The notes beneath the pieces were generated by a model that worked only from the letters and a program-made list of their open reading frames with translations, ran no database searches and had not been told where the DNA came from. 64,000 nt of DNA from NCBI GenBank assembly GCA_023334545.1, contig JAADVB010000070.1, positions 10,404 to 74,403 of the forward strand. Direction: 5' to 3'. Position numbers and translations under genes: made by a program. This document shows positions 48,583-61,722 of the stretch, in pieces (within the stretch, counting starts at the first letter, position 1; every line of letters begins with the position of its first letter). The stretch is from Salisapilia sapeloensis CBS 127946 (lineage: Eukaryota > Protista > Oomycota).

Positions 48583-50071
48583 TTAGTCTAACAGACGTAT
48601 ATCCAAGGATCCCCACTTTAACTGTTGACCATGCTCGTCAGAGTTACCCCTCGACGCGGATAAATTGATCGTTTGCAGGGAAAATCGTTGTCGCTCTTCC
48701 TCATTCCACACTACATTCTTGTCTTCTGGTGCGCAAGCTTGGTGAAGCAAGTCGGCTAAAGTTTCACTGACATCGCTGTCGTGCATCTTTTCCGAGGCTG
48801 AGGCTACCGTTTGCCTTTGGTCATTACTTGAACGAAAATGGTCGCAACTACTCGCTCGAGTGTATCTGCCAAAGAAGTTGTGGAAACTTTCCTCTGAAGG
48901 AGAAGCCTCGCTGAGAGTACTCGAGACATAACCTTCCTTCATCGTCTCAATGTCTGACGACGACGACGACTCAAAATACAGTGCAAACGATTTTGCTAAA
49001 TCCCCACCTTGATGATGCAGCTGAACACCAATAAGGCAGTCTTTACAGAACATCTCCTTTTCTGGTCGACGGTGCTTTAGCCGCAGCTGGAAGATAACGT
49101 GTTTTTGCCGGCATCGTTTGCACACTTGCTTGTGACAGCCAGCACAACGAACAAGTTTGCTGAATAGCGGTGGCTGCAGCCCACACAGATCACAAGCGAC
49201 ACTAAGGGATGCCTTACGTTCAGCTGCTTCAAGCATGAGGGCTGAGAGAGCCTTTGCTCTTGCAGCTTGTACACAGGAGGCGACGGCTGATACACAGATC
49301 TTCAAAATTTGATCCGAGACGACACTTGTGAGGAACCTGTGCACTCTGGTATGAATGAGGTTGAAAACGCCGACACATCCTTTCGTGATATCTCGATACA
49401 AATTCACGGAAGTGTAGTCTGCTTTTAGCATCCTCGAGTTCCTGTCCCTGGTTTCAGCTACATTAATCGGGAGTACGATGCGGTAGGTTAATCGCTCTTG
49501 TGCAGCGTTGTATACGACTCCAAGGCGCTACAAGTAGACGTGAGTGGTTGACGAAAGTAGCGGATGGTATGATGCGAAATACCTCATATGTGACGACTTC
49601 CCGTGGAGCTGTTAATGGCAGGAACGGTAACTGGAGAGCCATCCATGTTATTGCCTCGAACAAAACTGGGGACTCCGGGTCGTATTTCTGGTACACATGT
49701 ACGACGGAAGAGTCCAATAATGTGCGAGGGTAGATGATGGTATTCGTGATTCGATGCACTTCTGTTGAGTCAGCGTAGACGCCACGCATGACTTCGCTAG
49801 CCGACCCAGGCACGATCCCACTCGCCAAAAACACTCTTCTAGTAGGCTTGGCACAGCAACTGTCGTTGTCAATGTAGATGGAAGAAGCCTTTTTAGTTTT
49901 AAGGTGCCTCCACTTGTCGCAAGTGCTCTTCCCCGCATGAAAATCATCATGCTCTACAATTGCACGATCTAGCAAGTCATCTGCGGTTTCCGCGAGTAGC
50001 TGGCGTCGTTCTTCACTCAATTCATCACGGTGGAGACCGCTCAAGGCGTCATACGCAAATGGGAGGTCCAT
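48583..50071 (-). CDS. SF14: START-like + FYVE-like protein (~477 aa, 2 exons; ends WGSLDIRLLD)
   Basis: Exons 50071-49583 and 49527-48583 (55-nt intron at TYE|RLG); recent duplicate of SF13. Confidence 0.85.
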
Positions 50072-50081
50072 CTAGCTCGAC

Positions 50082-50097
50082 GCAAATGTGAAAGTGG
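50082..50097 (-). promoter_or_regulatory. Oomycete-type Inr+FPR core promoter of SF14
   Basis: Minus strand CCACTTT-CA-CATTTGC fits YCAYTYY-NN-MWTTTNC, at the same distance from the ATG as in SF13. Confidence 0.65.
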
Positions 50098-50346
50098 AAT
50101 GCATCGGGAAGCTCACATAGAGCAAGTAAGCGAGAGGAATATTAGAACAAAACGATTGAACCGCATATTCGGACGTCTCCCAGCCGAAAGGATATGGGAA
50201 TTTGCTTGAAACTCTGACCAACTCCATGCGAAACCAATGATAACGTAAATAGTTTCAGAAAAGTGGGTAGAAATCCCCCCCACACTTAGCACGAATAGAA
50301 TTTTATCTGGACTTAATATTCCGCCCAAGTTACATCACTTCTATGT

Positions 50347-51816
50347 TCAGTCGAGTGAGTTCATTTCGAGAGAGCCCCATGTCACGCGATCCACAGGTTC
50401 CTTCGCTTCTTCGTGCTCACTTGAAAGTGTACTACAACGCGTTGAAAATCGATGCCTTTCATCCGCATTCCATTCTACTTCCCCCTGATGTGATGACCAA
50501 ACTCGCCCCAGCAGACTTGATAGCTCCTTCTCCACTTCACTCTCTCGGTATGACTTCGGACTGGTCATTTGACTCGTTCCGTCACAAGCTTCGGATGCTG
50601 ATACGAGATCCGATGCTTCCATATCATCTGGAAGTAGGAAAGGTGTGGACCCTTCTGACAAGATTGACATGACTTCGTCTGATGGCGACATGACAAACCA
50701 CGGTTTTCGACCAAACTTGTCTTCCATGGATCCTAACTCAGACGCAGATGAATTGGAGCCACACTCTTCCGTCGGTGACAGCCTTACGGGCTCATTCGGA
50801 TCATGAAACTGTACGTTCATAATGCAACTGGAGCAGAACATCTCTTTCTCCGCTTTCTTCGTCCGAACGTTTAGTCGGAAGACGACCTGTTGACAGCGAC
50901 ATCGGCGGCAAACCTGACGACTGCAACCTTTGCACACGCGTAGTTTTGTTAACAGGGCAGGTGAATGCTCGCACAGGTCACATCGAGTGCTTGAAGACGC
51001 CTTCCGATTCAGGTTTTGCCTCACTAGAGCAGACAGTGCCTTTGCTTTTGCTACTTGAATGCAGTGCAGGGTCACGGACCCACCTAGTCCAATCATTCGA
51101 TCGGCAATGTAACCAAGAAAGAGCTTAGGCGCTATACTATCAACAATGGCAAACGTGCGGACACATGCTTCGCCGACATCTCGATAGAGGAGGACGGCCG
51201 TATAATTTGACTGGTAGTTTCGGGAACTTGCCGAATTGCCTGATTGCTCCGTGTCGATTGGAATCGTGAGGCGATAGCCATATCGATCGTTATTCTCGTC
51301 ACAGACGAAGCCCATGCGTTCATACGATACTAGTTCCCGAGGATGCTGAAATGGAAGAGGATGTGGCTGAACTGCCACCCATGTGACTGCTTCTAACATG
51401 ACTGGAGCTTCTGACGCTGCTTTCTGAAACACATGGACGAGGGAGCAGTCCAAGAGTGACCCTGGGTACGTGAGATGGTTGACAATTTGGTACGTGTCCG
51501 TCGTGTCAGCGTACATGCCGCGCAACACTTCTGTGGCTGATCCAGGCACCATGCCACTAGCCATGAACGTCCGTCGCCCAGCTTCTGTTGGCGTCCATTC
51601 GGAGGTCTCCTGATCAATATAGGCCGCAGTCGGAAAATTCTCTTTCATAAGACGCCATCGATTATGAGTTTGCTGTCGATGAAAGGCTCTGTACTCTTGC
51701 AGCGTTCGTTGGAGCAAGTCTTGCGCAGTCTCCGCGAGCAGTGCACGCCGTTCTGCCGAATAGCAACTCGATGGGACACCATGGAGTACACCAATCATCG
51801 AATCGGACGTCATCAT
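50347..51816 (-). CDS. SF15: START-like + FYVE-like protein (489 aa, intronless; ends WGSLEMNSLD)
   Basis: Single ORF reading through SYERMG without an intron; four CxxC pairs. Confidence 0.87.
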   Translation of the reverse strand: MMTSDSMIGVLHGVPSSCYSAERRALLAETAQDLLQRTLQEYRAFHRQQTHNRWRLMKENFPTAAYIDQETSEWTPTEAGRRTFMASGMVPGSATEVLRGMYADTTDTYQIVNHLTYPGSLLDCSLVHVFQKAASEAPVMLEAVTWVAVQPHPLPFQHPRELVSYERMGFVCDENNDRYGYRLTIPIDTEQSGNSASSRNYQSNYTAVLLYRDVGEACVRTFAIVDSIAPKLFLGYIADRMIGLGGSVTLHCIQVAKAKALSALVRQNLNRKASSSTRCDLCEHSPALLTKLRVCKGCSRQVCRRCRCQQVVFRLNVRTKKAEKEMFCSSCIMNVQFHDPNEPVRLSPTEECGSNSSASELGSMEDKFGRKPWFVMSPSDEVMSILSEGSTPFLLPDDMEASDLVSASEACDGTSQMTSPKSYRESEVEKELSSLLGRVWSSHQGEVEWNADERHRFSTRCSTLSSEHEEAKEPVDRVTWGSLEMNSLD

Positions 51817-54422
51817 TGTGCGCTTCGTCGGGAAAATAGAGAAGTGGGACGCATTAAAAACAGGGGGAAGTCGAAGGTTAGAAGCTTACAGGGAACTATC
51901 TATGATACATCCTCTCGCTAGAAAGTTACATTCAAGTCGATGGTCTATACATTTGATGGGATCCAAGCTTGGATTCATGGAATCAAGTCCCAGAACTCAG
52001 CAGAGTACACGGATAGCATAAAATTGGAAGAAGAACGGTATCGCGGATCGTAGAACTATGGTGATCATGCCAACAAGGTAAATCTTCGAAAGAACAAGAG
52101 GCGGTTGTCGCGATGTTGTCGCTCTACCAAGGCACTTCTTCGTCAGGTCTTCATGTCGTGTGTATTTGAAGCATGCAGGCATGCACGAGAGACGTGATAT
52201 GCACATGCATCAGATATTTCTCGTACCCGTAAATTACTCCACTGGTCGTTTATGAGTCTTGGATAGTACATGGCCGCTTGTGAATAGACTTCGAATTTCA
52301 TCCTATTATCGCTCTCTGGAAGGATTATGCCTTCATTCTCGGCTGACATGGAAACCCATGCTGTATCACTGTCCTTGATCTTTGTGCCGCAGCTTTTTGA
52401 GATCCATCAAGCAGCTTTTCAGCATCGATCGACGAATTAGATTTGCCCATCTTACAAGAAACAAGACGATGCTGCACGACACGGATGTCCCGTGCTTGAT
52501 CTCCACTGGATTCACATTCTGTCTGATCTCAACTTTCGCCTTTCTATCTCGACTGACTAGAGCAGAATACAGGCCAGATAGTTCCCAAAGCCTCTTAGTC
52601 TGTGGCGCCTTTCCAAGTTGAGCGCTTAAAATGTAGTTAATGTGTTTCAGTGTTCAGAGAAACTTTTATCTGTACGAAAAGTGTACCTGGTGACTGCTAC
52701 ATTAGCTCGACCCAGCTTGTCTTCGCACCACTTAGTGTCAAGCCACGAAATGACATTCCGTTCGATTGCGACTGCATTTATGGCATAAGGCTTCATTGTA
52801 CATCCCGTTCTTTTCCATGTTTCGAGAAAAAACTATCAAAGTGTCCAGTAACGTAGGCATCGTTCGGATAGCCCCTCGTTTCGTATTTAGCTTAATTCTC
52901 GCAGTCATTTTACAAATTTTCATTTATCTGATTGTAGTGCATACCAGTGCCTTTGCATTCATAGCGAGTCCCCCTCTCTACATACGTGTGTCTTGTAGAG
53001 AGATGACTTTGAGCCTCAACGATGTAAATTGATCCTAAAAGATTTTAAGAAAAAATTAACGTGTCTGCGCATCCATACTACTGCCGTCGAATCCCTACGC
53101 GTTTAAGTCGCTTAGCATATGAAGCGTCAAGTAGATGGGAAGCGTCAGAAAGGTCTCTTGTTCCTCACTCGCAGTAATATTGAGCATGCATTCAGTCGAA
53201 GGGATAAACCGTTTGCCAAGGTAGCTACCGACCTTCAGTTTCTTGTTTTTCAATCTCGAGAATGCTGTAGTCAGCTTTATGCTTCTATTTTACTTTGAAA
53301 CAGTCTGGGCTACAAAGGAAGTCACTGCTGTACCAAATAACTACCTCGCGTCATTCAAACGAAGCAATAATCGCTTTCGCACACAATAATGACTGCAGTC
53401 TATATGCTTGTTACTTATAAAGGTGCTTCATGACCGATTGGCATCCATGGCGGTAGTCTTCTAATCAACCGTATTAACTTGTAAGTGCTTTTATAAAGAT
53501 ATCATTCTCTATTGGTAGCTTAGGAGCGAATCTCATGCTTGACACTGTTTGATTTAAGACTCAAGTAATATCTTTCATCAGCTAGAGATTATTTGTATAG
53601 TGAGCACCTACGTCGCGCTAGAATGCAAGAACGCATATCACTTGATCTAAAACGCCGCAGCTAGTATGATATACCCGAATTAGATATGCTCTGGATTAAT
53701 GCTCTGCCCTCGATAGATTGGCTGTCCACTTCATCGAGTTGAACACTTTGCCAAAACTATCGAAATCAAGTTGAGGATGTACATTGATGCCGTCAAGAAT
53801 GAAAATAATTTTTTATGGAAACTGTCATTTACTCTAGTCAAAACAGCTAACTAGTATAACGATCTAGACTCTATGTCGGAGTCAAGACTTATGGTCTTGT
53901 GTCCATTTTGTGCTATTCCGTCATTGTCTTTGACTAGACCTATAAAGCAATGGGGGTTACCGTATTAAGCAGTACATACTACCATTCTAATCTTCCACGA
54001 GGCTCATTTTCTCTTTCCTATGACAGCGTACATCTACACCCACCAGCAGTGGTAATCTAGATCACATCGAAAGATATCCTGAGCGAAGTTACTTTTAACT
54101 GTAGGAAGTCTCCATCAAACTTTGAGCTTACGCGACAATCGAAGTTCTCTGTATGGCAGTATGCCGAGGACCCAGGGTACTTCACCCGCGGCTACTGCAG
54201 CAGACTGTGGTTACGTCCAATTTTCATTGATCTTGCTCAAGCCATGAATAGCCCGTCCACTATAATGCCGCATTCCTTTGATGCATGCTTCGACGAAAAC
54301 TGTGATACCATCATACTCGAGGAAAAGTTGATTAAAACTACCTGGAGACGTTTAAACTTTCATTTCATTCAAACTCCATTTCAAGCCTTAGAAATTCATA
54401 TAAGATCCATATTCGCCTCCAT

Positions 54423-55809
54423 TCACTCGGTCATGAACGCATACTTCAAAGAGAATCGAAGTCTGTCATCTCCATTCCATGAAGCGTTCTTCTCACCCGA
54501 TCCCAACATCTGACCAAGCATTCTTGATAACTCTCGCTCGGCCTCACTCGGTCGATACGAGTTTGGACTTTGCGCAGATACTCTTGCATCCTGGAGCTGA
54601 TTTTGATCGGATGAGATGCTTTCTGCCGGACGAATGGTCGACGAGACATTCGAGATCACGGACACGGCTTCATCCGACGAAGACGCCTCGAGGTCGGTGA
54701 TGATACTAAAGTCGTTCTGGGCGTCCGTCGAGATCGCAGACGAAGATATATTGTCGTTCCAGTGCGAGTCGACTACGAAGTTTGACGCCGTGAGATGGCA
54801 CTGAGCTGCCTCTAGACAGTTTTTGCAGAAAAGCGCTTTCTTTGGCTTGCGAGATCGAACTTGCAGTTGGAAGATGACATGCATCTGGCGACACCGATGG
54901 CACGTCCGCTTCCTGCAGCCACTGCAATTGTGCAATTTGCTCAGGATCGACGGTGCTCGATTGCAAAAGTCGCATGTAGGGCTCACGGACAGAGACTCGT
55001 TCGCAGCCTGCATCATGAACGTAGACAAGGCCTTGGCTCGAGCGATAATCACGTGGTTGAACATACCAGCCCCTTGGTCATCCAAAAAGACCTCACCGAT
55101 CTTACTAATCGCATACGCAGGGGCGATCGACTTGGTGATGGTGAAAACGCCCAAGCCTCCAGTCTCAAGTGCACGAAAGAGACGAACGACGACAAAGTTA
55201 GTGCGTGGTAGTCCGAGGCCTTCGTGATCGATTGGGACGTCCACGACGTACCCGAACTCGGTCCCATGGTCATCCACTGCCCGACCTATGCGCTATCGTA
55301 CGAATGCAAGTGAGTGGTATGCATGCGAAGGAGGAAAAGTGTGGACACGGTACCTCGTAGACGAAGGACTCGCGGTCCAGGAGCCGAGGGATGATGGCGA
55401 GCTTCATCGCAATCCACTTGGTCGATTCCAAGACCACCGGTGCATCGATGGTATTGCTTTGGAACACTTGCAATATGCCACAATCGAGTAGACGCGGATT
55501 GTAGATGGTCGAAGCGATTCGAAACGCCTCGGACGTGTCTGCGTAATAGCCCGTGAGGATCTCATCGATGGTGCCTGGGATGATGCCACTAGTCAAAAAG
55601 GTGCGCCATCCGGGCTCCGTCGGGGTCCACTCTGAAGTTCCGTGGTCAATGTACGTAGTCGCAGTCGCATTTTGCTTGAGTTGATTCCACCGATGGTTCG
55701 CCTGCTGCCGATGGAAAGCGTCATGCTCTGCCAACGCCCGCTCGACCAAGCCATCGCACATTTCGGAAAGCTCCATCCGCTTCGACTTGCCCATGGAACA
55801 GCTCCTCAT
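54423..55809 (-). CDS. SF16: START-like + FYVE-like protein (~441 aa, 2 exons; short tail ending KYAFMTE)
   Basis: Exons 55809-55354 and 55292-54423 (61-nt intron at VYE|RIG). Shares EWTPTE.G.RTF with SF15. Confidence 0.82.
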
Positions 55810-57905
55810 TTTTCAACTTAATAACTGAACTCGCCTCTATTGGAAGGTATCGACATGCCCCAGTCCCTCGCAACGTATCGACACGTTGTGATACTTCGAA
55901 TTGGTCCTTTCTGTTTTGCCAAAAGACGCAGCGAATGACGTGCTTCCTCGGCGTCTTGTGCGCAGCTTCGATCTGCTTCTACAAGTCCCGCCTCTTTCGT
56001 GCTTCCTTCGGTACTATTACAGCGGCTCTATTTAATCTGGAGCAATCGCATTCCTAACGTCCAACGACGTCTGGTGATCACACGATCAAGTAGAGGAAGC
56101 TGCTAGAATGTCAAATGGACAGATGCTCCGAAGGCAATCGTCGTGTACGAAGCGAAACTGGCTGCATACTTGCTGAACTTGCATGCCTTCGGACCAAGTT
56201 ACCACGTGCGGTTCAGCCGTGGATCTTGAAACGCGCTATGCGGCTCCAATAACTTGATAGTCTTACTCGACGATCCTGTTCGCCATAAGAGTGTACAAAG
56301 CCACTCATCTCACTTCCTGAGATGTTAATACATACGGCACCACTTATTCTTACTTACATTATATCCCTGGAATCAAGTCTTTCGTTCCCGGAAAGCTATC
56401 ACATTAATTAACACCAAAAGTTAAACGAGACACGAGAGATATTGCTGATCATTATCGCAATGCAAGCATGCTAGGCATCCGTGGTGCTGGTCTGTCAGTC
56501 ATCACTGGATACTTTGTTGTGCACATGTGCGCCGTCGAGCGATGGCAGTCCTTCCTTTGACTGAATCTGCTGCTACGTATAATTGTTCGCTTTAAACAAT
56601 TGGAGAAGTACTCTAAGTGAGAGAAATAGTTCACTAGGCTGATTCGAGTGACACCGTCATGTACCCAACAGAGAATATACTGTCTCTTAAGGCTATACTC
56701 AACCAGCAAAGTGTTAGGCTGATGTCTGGGGTCAGTCGACATGTAACCCAAGTATCAGCTGCTCCTCGGCGGCGTGTTAGGATCCGAGTAGCTGCATCTA
56801 TCCCATCGCAATATTAAATCAATACCACTGTGCTTAACGTCACTGGAACTGACTGATCAGGTGGTCTCACCACTTGAATAGCCATAGAAGTTGACCACGC
56901 CTAGAAATTCACCTGGTAGTTTACAATAGTCTGGGCTCACACTGATTTCCAAGTGTGGTAAAAGAGTCATATCTACCGGACAGGATGGATATGACATGCC
57001 CGCAAAGCAAATACACGATAAAATATTGTTTCGGGCACCTTAATGATGATAAACGCTGCGTATTACGACGGTGTCTCGCAAGCGGAAGTCACTTGATTTT
57101 ATTGAACTATCTTGTGGAGCAGCAATCAGGATAGGACATAGCCTTGGCGACGAAGAGAGATACCATCCGGACTGCTGTTTCGTATCTACATCCTAGTCAG
57201 CTTCACCGGCATGATGCTCTCGCACCTTGAAAATCTCTTCGCTAAAGGTGACTGAGCAGTCTTCGAGTCGCCGTGGATGCATGCAAATCAATCAAACTTG
57301 AACGTCGCGTGGACGACGTCGACTCTGTGATCGCACAGAGAGCAAATATAAGACGATTGTCTGCTTGTATAGTATACAGTGGTACATAGGCACTGATTTT
57401 GGATTTCTACTTTTGCAGCTCTTCGCTAAAAACGAGGTCACCAACAGAGTGATCCACTTCAGATTGCGCTCTGGCGTGACTCATCGATGTTTTCAGTAGC
57501 TTCTGGCAACAAGTTGACATTTGTTGCAGGTTACGTTATAAAATGTCTTCCAGTCGCTTTTGCATGAATAGTATTCATATGCATTGACGGCATAACCCTA
57601 GATTGCTGTAAATTCTGGTTCCTAGCATGTCTGCGAGCAGTGTGATCAACTGCCCTTGCCGTCGCAATGCAAATCGATCTAAAGATCATTTACTGCCGCG
57701 GAAGGACGAATGATGGTGAATACCACAGTTGGAAATCAATTTACAGACATATCCGTGCTCCTTTTATACGATTACTGTCGGCCAGATGTCACCTAGGATG
57801 TGTGGAGATGACTCCAAGACTCAGCACTTGGAAAACTGAATTGCTCTCTAATCTGCGACAGTGTGCTGTAGGCCGCTACTCGATCAACTCAGTCCAGTTA
57901 TAGCG

Positions 57906-59338
57906 ATGGAAGCCAACGCAGACGAGCTCTGGCATTCTCCGAACGCTCTCAAGATCGAAGCGACACAGCGTGAGGCTTGGAACGATCAATTGCAAAGCCT
58001 GCTCACAGACACCATTGAGGATTATAACACTTTTCATCGGAAGAACGACTCGAAACGATGGAAGCGAGTCCGGCAGTTTGATACCTTCGCCGTGTACTCA
58101 GATCGTCATCGACACACTCCGGCTGGAGTAGGAGGGGATAGCAACATGAAGGCTTTGACACTCATGTCAAGCGGGTTCATCCCGGGCAAGATGGAAAATG
58201 TTCTATCTGGCCTCTTTTCAGACGATACGGACTCGTTCCGTATCGTCAAGAGTATCACTTCGAGCAACATGCTTGACGCAAAAGTCCTCCATGTCTTCGA
58301 AAGTAACCCCGTGACGTCTGAAATCATCTTTGAAGGCATCAAGCACACCGCATACAGCACTTCAGGGTCTCTTCGCGACCGAGACGCAATATATCTTGAG
58401 GTATGTTATTTATTTACTTACGAGCACCACGCCAAGGTGTGCGCTCGTATCAGTATCTTGTACTTGACTTCATCTAAATTCTGCACTTGTAGAAAATTGG
58501 CTGGATACGAGATGAGTTTAATACTTTATTCGCGTACCATGCTCGCATGAGTGTCGAGTTGCCTGCTTTCCCTGCCAGCGCCTCACAGGAACTTGATCGC
58601 GTGCGTTTGGAGAGCATAAGTTTGTTTCGACACTTGGATAAAGGATGGATCGGGTGCTTTGGAACATACAAAATTTATGTCTCTACAAGCGTTATAGCTT
58701 TAGTAGCAGAGAGGATTGCAGCAAGTCGTGTCTTCGAATACTTTAATGCGGTTCTCTGCGCTCATGCAAAAGAGTACTCCGCGATGATGGCCGCCAGCTC
58801 CGACACGATCGTACCGAAAAGTAACGTTTGTGAGGTTTGCCAGAGGAAGCCGAGAATACTTTCAAAGCTTCGTCAGTGCGGCGGATGCAGACGAATGGTA
58901 TGCAAGCGTTGCAACCACCGTCGGCTTCTTTTCCGATTGGACGTAAGGTCTCGGAAACCTGTCAAGGCGCGATTTTGCATCCAATGTATCGAGAAAGTAG
59001 AGATGGATGTGGATCGGATTCAGCTGCTCTCAAGTACCATACATGCGTCTTCTTGCTCTTCTTCACCTCGGTCCTTCGGTCCGAATGAAAAGTCCTCTTT
59101 TGCTGCCGCCTCACAATCCCCTGCGAGTCCGAGCTTATCTATTTCAAACTCTATTGATTCTGGAGACGGAGATGCAATGTTCTGGGGTAAGAAGGATGCT
59201 ACGTCAGAGATACTGGCAGCCGAATGGGATCAAATGAAATTGGATGATTGGAATGCAGGTGAAAGAGAAAAGTTTGATTCCAATGTGAGCAGTAGGAAGA
59301 CGAAGCGCGACTTAATTGCAAGTGAAGAACTGGATTAA
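57906..59338 (+). CDS. SF17: START-like + FYVE-like protein (~446 aa, 2 exons; ends IASEELD)
   Basis: Exons 57906-58400 and 58493-59338 (92-nt intron at YLE|KIGW). Confidence 0.85.
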
Positions 59339-60312
59339 AAAGCAGTTCTAGTAAAGTATTAACAATACAAGAGGCATTTCACTCAATACTCTACCGTTCG
59401 TTGCAGTCGTAGATTTATTCGACTTGAAGTCGTATGTCGATACCTCGAAGTTGCCCACGACAATCGTAGTAACTTGTTATAAAACGGATACCTTGATCTC
59501 ATCTCCATGCGCCAGAGTGAACACCGAATAGTATTCGTTGTTTATCGTTTCATCCGCCTTCGTTTCCACACAAACACTAGTGCATACGATTAAGACTAGG
59601 AAATGAATGCTATCGAAATAGAGTGATATACGATGAGATGTGGCATTAGGACAAAAACTGGAAAGCTATTGAAGCATGGTAGTGTAGATAACGTGGATGA
59701 CAAGGAAGATATACGCCATTATATTGCACAGCATAACAAACCAAATGCACTGCAGGGGCTTCATAGCCATTACAATTAAATGTATTTATTATCGCGCATA
59801 AGCTTCTTCGCATCTTCCGATGTGTAAGCCGTAGGTTTCAGGCTACCCATATATGTGTGAACTCTAGATTTATATGCATAAGGTTTTCATGTTGACACTT
59901 ACCGCTTACGTACGTCTATATTTACAACGAGAACTACAATCCTTCTCTTCGCTTATCGGAGCATAAGCGTATTGACTCTATACGTGCCTGAGCTAGCTAT
60001 TGCGTTGCGGCCTTCACCTAGATTTTGGATAATGTTAGCTTACTACATCACCCTTCGTGAGAGGGTGTGTGCCTTCGAAATCAACTACCCAAGTAGTGGT
60101 TGTCTTTGCTATAATAATCACAACACTCCCAATGTATGCAACGAGGATGCTGTCTGCAAGACCATTAGGTGGTCATAGCTACTGCTTGTGACTCAGAAGT
60201 GCCTGCAAGATGAAACGTAGTGCTAGCATCCAAGTAGACTTTCAGTAAGCACAATACTTATTACTCTTTTCCTACAAGCTTACTGCATTGCTACTAATAT
60301 CATGAGGCAGAT

Positions 60313-61722
60313 TTAATCAAGTTTCTCCATGTCGATTGCTGGCTTTCTGTCTCCCCTCGAAGTCAGCGACAGGGAGCTCACAGTGTCGTCATCTGCCCAC
60401 GGCTGGCTCAAACTTTTACTTAGACGCTCCAACTCTTCCTCATTCCATACAGGCATGCTATCTTCCAAATCAGTTTGCCACATGCGGGACAAGTCTTCAG
60501 CGTCTCTGTCCACAGCCCATTCGTTCTTGGTCTCAGTCTCCAAAGAGTCTTCGCGTGGTAGACCCATTGATAATGACGATACGTTGGAAAGTGCCGGAGG
60601 CTGATTTGGTTCTTTTTCCGGTTCGAGATAGAGCGACGATGGAGTACACTTGGACGATGGTGAAGACGGTGAGGACGACGACGACGGCTCCATCTGAAAC
60701 ACTCGACTTGGAGCTCTCGCAAGCTCATGATGCTGTGTTTCGACATTTTCAATGCACTTCATACAAAACGTCTCCAGCACAGGCTTACGTGTTCGGTAAC
60801 CCAGTTGAAAGACGACGCACCTTTCCCTACACTTTTTACATACTTTCTGCCGACAGCCTCGGCATTCCTTATGCTTCTTACGAAACAACCTTCGAGGAGC
60901 TTTGCACAAGTCGCACCAGTCGCTCTTAGAAGGCGTAGTGGATGCATTTTGTGTGATCAAGCGAGAGTAAGCTCGAGCTCTCGCACATATAATAGCTCGA
61001 CGATATTCGACCACTCGGCTAGCAATAATGTACTCGGCAACTGGACCAAGCATCATACCTTGCAGATCCAAATCCATGATTGTGAATATGCCAACACAGT
61101 TTCCACCGATACGTCGGAAGAGTACGCATGCCGAGACATTTAGTCTTTCAGCACGAGCGGTTACCGGGACCTCGGGCAGGTCCACGGACTGCATAGATAA
61201 ATAAGCGAAGCTCTGTGAGTATTCGTCTTGTACCCACCCCAAGCGCTCGTACACGACTTGGTCGCGATCGCTCGTGAGGATGGGAGCCTTGTGGACCATG
61301 TACTTGATGCCAGAGTAGATGACAGGGGACAATAGTGATCCCTTTTGAAAGGTATGGAGGACGGAGGCGTCGAGTATGACGTCTCCAAAGAAAATTGTTT
61401 TCGCTACGAGATAAGAATCGGTCGTATCGGCGTATAAACCGACGAGTATCTCTTCAATTGACCCAGGTGCGAGACCACTGCACATGAGTGTCCGCTTCCC
61501 AGCATCTTCTTCAGCTGCTGAACGCCGAGTCCGGTCACTGTAGACAGACATCGTCGGTCGCTGCTTGATGTGTCTCCATCGTCCAGGTTCATTCTGCCGA
61601 TGGAACGATGTATGGTCACTAAGCGCTCGATGAACGAGGTTGTCGCACCGCTTGTCAAGCGCAGCACGCCGACGCTCATCTATGCGTATGTGAGTGATGC
61701 CATTCTCAAGTCGAGAAGCCAT
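60313..61722 (-). CDS. SF18: START-like + FYVE-like protein (~469 aa, intronless; ends IDMEKLD)
   Basis: ORF 60313..61797; start MASRLENG at 61722 preferred by alignment with paralogues (the upstream ATG at 61797 is possible). Confidence 0.85.
   Translation of the reverse strand: MASRLENGITHIRIDERRRAALDKRCDNLVHRALSDHTSFHRQNEPGRWRHIKQRPTMSVYSDRTRRSAAEEDAGKRTLMCSGLAPGSIEEILVGLYADTTDSYLVAKTIFFGDVILDASVLHTFQKGSLLSPVIYSGIKYMVHKAPILTSDRDQVVYERLGWVQDEYSQSFAYLSMQSVDLPEVPVTARAERLNVSACVLFRRIGGNCVGIFTIMDLDLQGMMLGPVAEYIIASRVVEYRRAIICARARAYSRLITQNASTTPSKSDWCDLCKAPRRLFRKKHKECRGCRQKVCKKCRERCVVFQLGYRTRKPVLETFCMKCIENVETQHHELARAPSRVFQMEPSSSSSPSSPSSKCTPSSLYLEPEKEPNQPPALSNVSSLSMGLPREDSLETETKNEWAVDRDAEDLSRMWQTDLEDSMPVWNEEELERLSKSLSQPWADDDTVSSLSLTSRGDRKPAIDMEKLD

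Noticed and set aside
51997-52620. Short coding-looking minus-strand frames between SF15 and SF16
   Set aside because: No START or FYVE similarity, frames interrupted by stops, and no consistent splice model.
45049-53097. TAGGGATC at 45049 paired with GAATCCCTA at ~53089 as terminal inverted repeats
   Set aside because: Imperfect short match, no target-site duplication and no transposase between them.
54370-54425. A +1 frameshift after the SF16 stop would end in LEMEFE, faintly like SF15 LEMNSLD
   Set aside because: The similarity is too weak, there is no slippery site or intron, and it would not give an LD end.
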